From the NCBI GenBank assembly GCA_973851085.1, contig OZ316776.1:10912001-10976000 (forward strand): a DNA stretch of 64,000 bases, in the 5' to 3' direction. Shown in pieces: positions 55,116-64,000 of the stretch (position 1 is its first letter; the number at the start of each line of letters is the position of its first letter). Both the position numbers and the translations under genes were made by a program. The notes beneath the pieces were generated by a model. The model made no database searches. It worked only from the letters and a program-made list of their open reading frames with translations, and had not been told where the DNA came from. Source of the DNA: Ptychomitrium polyphyllum (taxonomy: Eukaryota).

Positions 55116-56540
55116 CTATGCAACAATGTTCACGTGCACCTCCTGCTTTCGATTGCGGAACTGGAAAGGACTACTGTAAACAGCATATGAAATAGTCTTC
55201 TCATCATACTTCAGACCATCCTTGTCTAGAGCCTTCTTGAGTTCTGCAAACTTGGCTTCGTAGTCCTTCTCGGTGGGGAATCCTCCGACGAGCCTAATGA
55301 CGGCCTTCACTGCTCCTTTGGGTTGATGAAAATGAACCTTTGGATCTTGTGGAGAAGGCAAATCCTTAGTTGTCTTAAACCTGAAAACAGAACGATAAGC
55401 ACGAGGCTAGCAATGTACCTTAGAAAGCGGAAGCATTATATATAGTTGAAGATACAGAGAAGTCACTAAGAAATTTACAAAGACACCATCGAACAAAAGT
55501 GAACAAAAGCCCTGACCTTCTAGGAACAAAGAATGCAATTTTGTAGCCGTTTGCATAAAGGGCAGGTGTAATATGAACAGGGCTAGTCATCTCCATCTTC
55601 ATGCCTTCGGAATTCTTGCCAGAGATAAAATCGAAGCAGCGATAAATTCCTGTGAAAGTTGCTGTTTCAAAGGTTGAGTTAGCAACCAATGTCTCCACCC
55701 ATATCTGTGAACGGTAAAGCAAATTAGTGCCACATTCATTAGTACTCAGTACACGTCCAAGTCTACCTACATTTTCTCCTCGTTCCACCAAGAATGCATA
55801 CGTGTTCCATACATCCTCGTCAACTGTCTTCCATACTGCATAAAATCTTATATCATTGTCTATGTCGTCTTGTGTCTTCACTTCGCTCAACACTCTCATG
55901 TCATTTCCTAAAAACTAGTTTACAAGGGGATGACTGTTATCTAGCAGATACACTCACTTCAGATCTTGGTGAGAATTCGTATCCAACCAGAACACAAGAA
56001 CCCGTAGGCAACAATCATAACGCATAAGGGGGCACATATAGTATCGAGATCTCCTCAATGGATCCCTCTGGGTCACGGGGTCACTAGAGGAGGCCTGGAT
56101 GATGATGGTTTTCATCATACAATAATAATCTTGAAGTATGCATCGCCATAGCCCATAATGTATCATTCAAAACCAACAAACACGACAACTGCAACTCATC
56201 GGTATTCACTCAGAACCTATCATCATAAGAAACACCATACGAAACTACATGTTCTCCAAATAAATACCGCAAGGTTCTCGAACCCCAGGTTGATTCAAGA
56301 CCGTACCTCTGTTTTCTTGTACTTCCGAAGCTCATACTCGCTCTTGGTCGCTACGACCTTGCAACCAGGCGTAGCGATCTCCACGTGAGGACCACAGGAA
56401 CTCACCTCCTCCTCCGCTATGCCGAATAGACGAAACACCGAATCTGGGAGCGGCAGCAATGCAAAACTCTCCACCACCGTGAACGCCACACACAACAGCA
56501 CCAGCGCCTGCAGCACTAGATCTAGATGGCGACAGCCCAT
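55116..56540 (-). CDS. SOUL heme-binding family protein with N-terminal signal peptide, 3 coding exons
   Basis: Exons 56540-56307, 55704-55517, 55380-55116 join in frame. Hydrophobic leader LVLQALVLLCVAFTVVES; SOUL motifs EYELRKY, IWVET, CFDFISGKNSEGMKMEMTSPV, IAFFVP, LPSPQDPKV, AVYSSPFQFRNRKQEV. Confidence 0.9.
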
Positions 56541-57973
56541 CTTCAAACCTTCAACTTACTGTCCAGCAAAGCTACACTGCCTTCACCGAATTCCAGCACC
56601 GATCGAAGATGGTCAGGCATGCAACAGTGCCGGGCCAGAATGGTTATCACGTCTTTCCGGTGCTACATGAGCTCCAAACCTCGTCTATTTGGAGCTTGCA
56701 ACGCAAGACGTAGACTTTCAGGCAGACAAGTAAGCATATACGATATCAGCAAAGTTCACGTTGTGGGGAGGATTATTCAGTTCAAAACGTAGACTCTGGC
56801 CTTTACGGTGGGGCATGTTAACAGGGGGGTGGATTTCAGGTTTTCCTTTCCCACAAGAGCAGTCTGAAGTCGTAGATCTGGTATCAGCGCTTCGGTGTTG
56901 TTGCGAATGAAGATGATTCGTGCTTATCACCAAAAATGTTTCAGTATTTTTGTAGAGAGTCAGATTGGTGTCCCTCACTGGGTCACAAATATTCCCAGTG
57001 TAAGAGTTTAGTGGTTGTCAAACGCGTCTGGCAGGATAATTCAAGGTTGACGAAATAAGTATTTTTTGCTTCAAAGAGGGAATTAGTTGTATAGTGAGAT
57101 TGTTGTGGTAGGTTTTACTGCTGTTTGATGAAACCTTAGATTAGTCTAAGCTTTTTGGAGAAATAAGTTGGTGATTGGTTGGATTAGAGGATTGTGTTTG
57201 CAATCACGTTGTGACTTGCTTAAAGGGTTAGTTACAACATGTAATTAAGAATATCTTATTTGGCCAATATAAATTTTAGCTTTTTGTGAATTTGATAAAC
57301 AAAGACCTCTAGTATTCAACATTTGGTTATTAAAATAGGAGATTTGGAACCACCATTCACCACTTGGATGTTGTTGGCATGGATTTAGTGTAGATAAACA
57401 AATGCTAATATTTTGTGTACAATTGGCTTTGTCTATAGTGATAGATTATTCCCAATTTTTTAACTTTATATACTATTTTTTGTGAATAATATTATTTTCA
57501 TGTTTTTGGTAGTTTTATCATTGTAAACCTTCAAAATATTTATAATATTTTAGATAAATGGTAGTCATTATCCATTTAAAAATTAAACACAATTAAGATT
57601 TCTTATGCAGTCTTCTTTTCTAGTTTAGAAGTACATGTCACATTTATTGTTTGAATTTTCTAGATCCATATCATTGCTAAATATATTTAATTATCATTTT
57701 CAATTTTTGTTGTAAAGAGAAGTATAGGTTTAAATTTAAGATTTCTTTAATTCCTTGTCACTATAATAAATATATTGTTACTTGATGATTGAGGAAAAAA
57801 ATTTATATTTACATCCAATATATGCATGATATTAAAGATAATTTTCTAGATTAGAGTGTTTTTTGGCTTTAACTTAATTATTTTCTATAAGTGAAGGAAA
57901 AAATAGAAAACATTGTAAGCTTTAACTTATTATTTTATATTTAGCATAATTTTTTAAATATAGTGCTATAATG

Positions 57974-58588
57974 TGTTAGGAACACAAGAAACAAGAAGCA
58001 GAAACGAAGTGTTTTTCAAAAATTAGCTTCCAAAGAGTTAATGATTAACAAGGATTTGATACAAAGACTAAAACAAGGCAAGATTAAAGATGATCCATAA
58101 CTTGTGTTGGCAAGGTTAAGGAATACCTTGTCTTGTTTCTTATTTATACTATGATGTTTGTATCTCCTAGGATACTTCTAAAGAAGCTTTCTACAAAGTT
58201 TAAAAATGTTCTAGAAGTCTCAAGAACCTTCCCAAGAAGTTTCCTAAGATATTAGAACCTTCCTTGAAAATTTCCTAAGGTAGCGGAACCTTCTTTAAAA
58301 GTTTCGTAAAGTGGTACAACCTTCCTAGGAAGTTTCTTGAGGAGGTGGAAGTTTCATAGGAAGTTCCTCAATGTGATGAAATCTTCCTAGGAAGTTTCTT
58401 AAGAAGTTACCTGAGATGACGGAACCTTCTTAGGAAGTTTCCTAAGGTGGAAGAATTTTCCTAAAAAGCTTTCTAAGAATATAGAAAGATTGAGGAGACA
58501 TTTAAAAGTATTCTAAGAAGCTACTATATTATATCACAAGGTTCTAGAATGTTCTAAAGACTATATTGCATAATCTATGTCTGTGACA
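57974..58588. mobile_element. Solo LTR (Ty3/gypsy-type) with TG...CA ends
   Basis: Begins TGTTAGG and ends GTGACA, flanked by TAATG/TAAAG (4/5 match, degenerate 5-bp TSD). Internal imperfect ~32-bp repeats (GGAACCTTCCTAGGAAGTTTCCTAAGG-like). Related copy at 21639-22083. Confidence 0.8.
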
Positions 58589-61332
58589 TAAAGCTAAAAC
58601 TTTGAAAATTTTAAAAGTATGTTTATATTTTAATTTTTTTAATTTTTTTTTAAAACAAAATCTTTTTAATAACATTCTTAAAATTGGTTATTGGATTTTG
58701 TTTGAACTTTTTTTTTTAAAGGTCATGCATTCATATTTTAAATTATATATAGCAATTATTATGTCTATGATATTTTATTATAATATAATTTCTTTTTGTA
58801 TTGGTAAACGTCCATAGTTAAAAATGGAGTTTTATAAAAATATTAAAAAAAATTAATGGTTGCATTTAAAGATGTTTAATATATGTTTTGGTACATGTAT
58901 AAAATTAAAATTAAATCCTTAATTTAAAATTTGGAAAAAAATCATTAATAGATTTTTCAAAAAAATAATCAACTTACTTATTATATAAATATAAATATTT
59001 GACTATTAACAATATATATATTAAAATGAAAATTTATAACTAAATTTAAATGTTTGCACCAAAATTTGCAAATGACTTGATTATTTCATGAATTATAAAT
59101 GTATTGATTTCATTGGCTTAGAAGTTAATAACTTAGATTTGCTAAATAAATAAACTAAGGTTAAAGTTTGTAAAATTCACAAAAAATTGCAAAAAAACTT
59201 TGTACAATTTAATTTTTTTGTACATGATTATAAAGTGTATTTGTATTCTTCATATTAAATTTTGCTATCCCTTGTGCAACAAAATATGAATTTATATTTA
59301 TTTGAATCAAATAGATAAATTAAAATTTATATTTTAAATAGAATAATATTAACATATTATTCTTTTTCTATTTCATCAAAGTCTAGAGGCATGTATAGTG
59401 CATTTTGTTTACTACAATATATTAAAATTAGATTTAGTGAATTATAAATCTTCAATAATTAAATAATTTTGGATCCAAAACATCAAATTCAATATTAAGT
59501 TTGTACAATTTCAAAATAATTTTTTTAAAAGAAGTTACATGATCAAAAAGGAATTTTCATTCATTTTACAAAGGATTTAACATCCTTAAGTACCAAAGTT
59601 GTTTTTAAACTTAAATAAATCAAATGAAGTTTATATTCAATTCTAAAAACATCAAAAGATATATCATTTTAAGATAAAAATAAAGTTGCATATATAACAC
59701 ATCTTATATACTACAATATGGCCAAATTTGGTTCCAAAAATTAACTTTTATCAATAATAGTGGATATTGAGAATAGTATATAAAGAACAAAAGTGTGCAA
59801 TTGTTATTGTTCACTATATGCTATAAAATAATCAAAAACAAATAAGACATTTAATGCAGGTTTTGTCTCAAGAGTGAAGTCTTAAGTAAAGTCCTAAGTA
59901 AAATTTCAATTGATACGTGTAGATAAACAAACAAGAAAGACATGACTATAAGGTATCTATTATTAAACCCTAAAATCAACAAAAAAAAAATTAAAAAAAA
60001 TGAACTTAACAGAAATCAAAGCTATAATTTTAAAAAACAAAAGATGGCCTAAAAATAAGGAAATGTTGTATCCTCACCATAAGTGGCATTAATTCTAGAC
60101 TATCAACAATTTTGCTCTCGATAAAAAAAAGAGCACTTATAACCACCACTTCAACCATTGAAGTTGGGGGTCAAAACCACATCTACAACTCTCGAAATTT
60201 CAAACTACAGGGTATACATTTTGTATAATATTTGCTAGATGTTAGAAATGGGTACATGCTGGTTACCGGTGCTCCTACCTTAGACGTGGGCAGGTCAGAG
60301 GAAAGCCATGAGGAACCTCACAGCCTTGATACTCCCTCTAGGCTTCACACATGACTTTTTCTCATGTTAAACCTCCTAGTCAATCACATAGTCACACATC
60401 AAAAGATCTCCCAAAGGTGTGAGCTTGGGCAAGCAAAGCAGTATCATTGACTGGAGGGTGTGTGTGGGCTCTGTGTAGTAGGCACTATGGAATCAAAGTG
60501 TGAGGTAGGTAGCTTTTTTGTGTGTGTGGTTGTTGCCTAGCTAAGCTAGTGACAACAAAGCTTGCAGCACAGTTGTGAGAGGTGAGGAATCTGGCACTAG
60601 AACTAATTGTTGCACGACAGTCAGGGTTAAGTACTGTCAGGTGATAGCTTAGAGTTTATGCAACTGTGATGAAGAGAGTGGTCTCATTCTTTGGCTGGAA
60701 ACAAACAAAGGCACAGTCTTGTGCAGAGATGACGCTCATTAATAGAAGCAGAGGTTGAGTTTATCTGGTGCTTGAGTCTATGCTGAAGCAAGTTACTTAG
60801 TTTCTGAGGTCATTGGTTGGGTCTGTCCTTGGTTTCAACAAAGTGAAGTAGTGGCCATATTGAGTAGCATGTGTTCACAAACTTTGAGCTTCAGAGTCGA
60901 TGAGACTTTCACATGGCAGCACAAACCTTGTGGAGTACTTTTGTAGTTCTGCTGGCCTAGAAGGCAATGATTGTGCTCAGTTATTGAACCCAAGTGCTGG
61001 GCCAGCTTCTATTGTCAAGTTGGCAGGGACTGTTCGCAGAATATTGTATTGTGGTCCTGAGTTAAGGTTTTCAATTCTGGTGATGGTGCTCATTGCTACA
61101 GTACTCGTTGAACTGTGAGTTTCTCAACTTGTGGAGGACGTTGTGATGCAGGTCGTGTGCAGTCTCGAGTGGAAGTTCTAGTCAAGTAGTCAATGCAGTT
61201 CCGATTTAGCAGACTTAACAGCTATCCAAAAAGATTTGCTGGAAGTGATTGGGTGTTTTCTGAGGTGAAGTGAGATGATTGCAAGAAGAATTGAGTTTTA
61301 GAATAGTCCTTTGACACCTGGAGCTGGAAAGG

Positions 61333-63187
61333 ATGGATAATCGAACTGCCTTTGGAATGGGTCATCTGGAGAGACTGAAAAACCGTGCTTCTCATTTGCT
61401 GAAGGACGGTATCAAAATTGCCCGGGTTGTTTTGGTAGATGTCAGCACTGCAGAATTGTAAGTCACCTTTTCCTTGCAACACTCATCTTCGTGCTGAGCA
61501 TGGCACCGTGGCATTGCATAATGGTAACACATTTGGCTTTACAACTTGCTGTCATTGCTGGAGCTAAACCTAATTGATTGCCTCATTTAGTGAATTGACT
61601 CTTTTTTTGTGTAATTTCAATTGATTGATACATGAACAGAATGACTGAGGATGCTACGAATGCTGACGAGTGGGGGCCGACCACAAAACAGATGGCTGAA
61701 ATCTCAGAGAGTAGCAACAACTCCGAAGACTATCTGCGTATTGTGCATGTCCTCCATGAAAGGTGATTTTCCAGCAAAAATATCAACCAGCAACTGCACT
61801 ACAATGCCCTTCACATTCTTTTCTCGAAGAGTCTACTAAGTCCCCCAATATTAATGTGCTTCATTTGCGTTACCTGAAATATTGATGTTTTGCTGATGAT
61901 ACAGATTTGCCCTCAACACCCCAAAATATTGGAGACAAATCCACAAGTCTCTGATACTTCTGGAATATCTTCTGTGCCATGGCCCTGAGCACTTAGTTAT
62001 GGAGTTTCGTCCAGAAAAAGGGCGCATTGAGGAACTTGCACGTTTCCTGTATGTTGACTGGAAAGGGTAAGCTCACATTTTCAAAGCACAAGAAAAAATC
62101 TGAACCTAAATATTGGGCAGTGTGGAAAATAGGAAAATGTCCCGGTTTCTGATTTAAGTAAGATTTTGTGTCACATGTTAGAAGTTCCTTGACACGAATT
62201 TTTCTACTCTAGAGATCAAATTAGATTTGCATGTGTTCTATAATTTTGTTCATGTTTCAGCGCTTGGGTTCAGAAGTTTCCTAATATTTCGTAACTTGCA
62301 GAATTGACATAGAAATAGGACCTCTAATCTGGTAATTCGATCTGTTTTCTCTTTTATTTGTCTCCAAAACGAGTTGAGCTTTATTTTATTGTTGTTCTCT
62401 GCAGGGTTGACAGGGGCTCAGCTCTACAAAGAAGAGCCAAGCACGTCCTCCATTTATTAATGGACGAGGCATTTTACAAGACTGAGCGCATTAGCGCTCA
62501 GAAAATCTCCAGAGGCATTTCTGGGTTCGGGAGCGAGTCTCTGTCTCAAATTTCTGCTCTTTCTAAATCTCTCCACAGCAACGTTCCTCGCAGTCAATCA
62601 ACTTCCAGCTTAATTGGGATTCATCACAACGAAGGGAAAGAATCATCAACATTGTTGGGTGTTGAAGATGACGGATTCAACAGTGAACCAGAGACACCGA
62701 GCACGAGTGAAAGATCAAGCTGGGGTGCTTTTTCAGTAAGTGTACAATTTTTAATTTCGACTACTGTACTGAACCCTAAATCCTAAAACCTGGACCTGAG
62801 TCATCCACATCCATTTCTAATTGGTGGATCATTGCTTCGATGCAGAGCTCCTCAGGCAGTGAAAGCCTAAATGCAAGTGGTCGTTCAACAAACTCCATCA
62901 GTAGTGATAGAAACCCTACCGAAGATTTACCGCCAATATCGACCTTGTATTTTCGCACGACCCCACAGATTCTGGACATGGACAGCGTTGCCTCTGAACT
63001 TGAAGGATTAGCGGTTGCTGACAGGAGTAGTCCAACATTAATTAAGAAGTTAGCACCTCCACCAAGAGCCGGGTACAAATGCGTCATGCTTCATCCACCA
63101 CAAAGTGGATCAAGGGTGCGGCGAAAGCAACCTCTGAATGTGAAGCCGGTTAATGTAAGCACATTACCCGATCTTATCATCATTTGA
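61333..63187 (+). CDS. ENTH-domain (epsin-like) protein, 5 coding exons
   Basis: Exons 61333-61457, 61640-61762, 61905-62066, 62405-62735, 62846-63187, all GT-AG and in frame. ENTH motifs: IKIARVVLVDVSTAELMTEDATNADEWGPTTKQMAEIS...YLRIVHVLHERF...WRQIHKSLILLEYLLCHGPE...FLYVDWKGVDRG. Ser-rich tail ending PDLIII. Confidence 0.9.
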
Positions 63188-63787
63188 TTGCAAATCATCC
63201 CCAAAGTTGGCGTTTCACAGAGGTTGGGGTAAGCTCTACCTTTGAAGAATTAGAGCGACTACCTTCCAGGACTAGGTTCTAGATAGTTTCTTGCTATCAC
63301 GAGTCATGTTACGCGCTGTAATCCATTTAGGCATATCATAGATTCTTTTAATGATGGTATTCGTCCTTGACACAGAATCCGGTCATTTGACATCGTACAT
63401 ATGTTCACATTCGCAAGATGTGAACATCTTGTTACATTTCTCACCTTGCTGATACTCCCTCAAGTTTCATGTCAAGTCAGCTTTAATGGTATCAAATCAT
63501 GTTCTCCTATTAGAGCCAATGCTGGTGCATGATTCAACAGACGAGCATGTTACATTCAAAAGCATGGTGACAAAGGCTTCCAGTTAAATCTGTTACAATT
63601 GAAGTCCACAACATGCGAGCAGGTGTAAGAAGATTTGGAATCTAAAGTGAAATATTTGGGATGATCAATATTTCAGCATGAACCTCGAGCCTTCTTTGAA
63701 CAAGTATATAACCCTGTTGTAACAATACAAAACTCGACTTCTAAGAGATTGAATTTCTATTAATTTTTTCACAAAATGCCGAGAAGT

Positions 63788-64000
63788 TTAAGCTCTTGCC
63801 GAAGTCCACGATATGTCGAACTCTTTACCGATGTGGAGCCCTAGACCTGAAATTTCCAGCTTCTGCCCTTCGTGCAACACTTCCACCAGATGCTTCCCGT
63901 TTACATGTACCGAACTTGGAGCATAATCCACACCTAACACCACAACTTTGTCTACAATCCAATCCTCCTTCAGTGCATACTCCCCATGCTTCACATGTGA
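63788..64000 (-). CDS. C-terminal end of a glycoside hydrolase family 31 enzyme (alpha-glucosidase/alpha-xylosidase); gene continues beyond the window
   Basis: Open frame from the window edge to TAA: HVKHGEYALKEDWIVDKVVVLGV...LEISGLGLHIGKEFDISW, matching the typical C-terminus of plant GH31 enzymes. Catalytic domain is not in the window. Confidence 0.75.
   Translation of the reverse strand, partial: SHVKHGEYALKEDWIVDKVVVLGVDYAPSSVHVNGKHLVEVLHEGQKLEISGLGLHIGKEFDISWTSARA

Noticed and set aside
55705..55899. N-terminal part of the 159-aa ORF 55420-55899
   Set aside because: Intron read-through; the SOUL exon starts at the CAG acceptor at 55704.

Overview
Eukaryotic, intron-rich land-plant DNA; the gene style and AT-rich Ty3/gypsy relics suggest a moss such as Physcomitrium (inference, not checked). 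Positions 1-24 kb are gene-free and AT-rich: a decayed chromovirus-type Ty3/gypsy pol region with a nested insertion, a solo-LTR-like copy, an inverted-repeat element and several unidentified GC-richer relics. Positions 24-64 kb hold six protein genes, which I assembled by hand from splice sites: a SANT/Myb-like DUF3755 gene (+), VPS18 (+, with a GC-AG intron), a BTB/NPH3-like gene (-), a secreted SOUL heme-binding protein (-), an ENTH-domain protein (+) and the 3' end of a GH31 glycosidase (-). The least explained stretch is 47.3-55 kb. It has no long ORF, but carries a run of small minus-strand exons with good splice signals and a minus-strand-biased G:U-rich hairpin, so it is a candidate spliced lncRNA or pri-miRNA locus. 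I cannot establish a new biological system from sequence alone, and all family calls come from recognising motifs, not from database searches.
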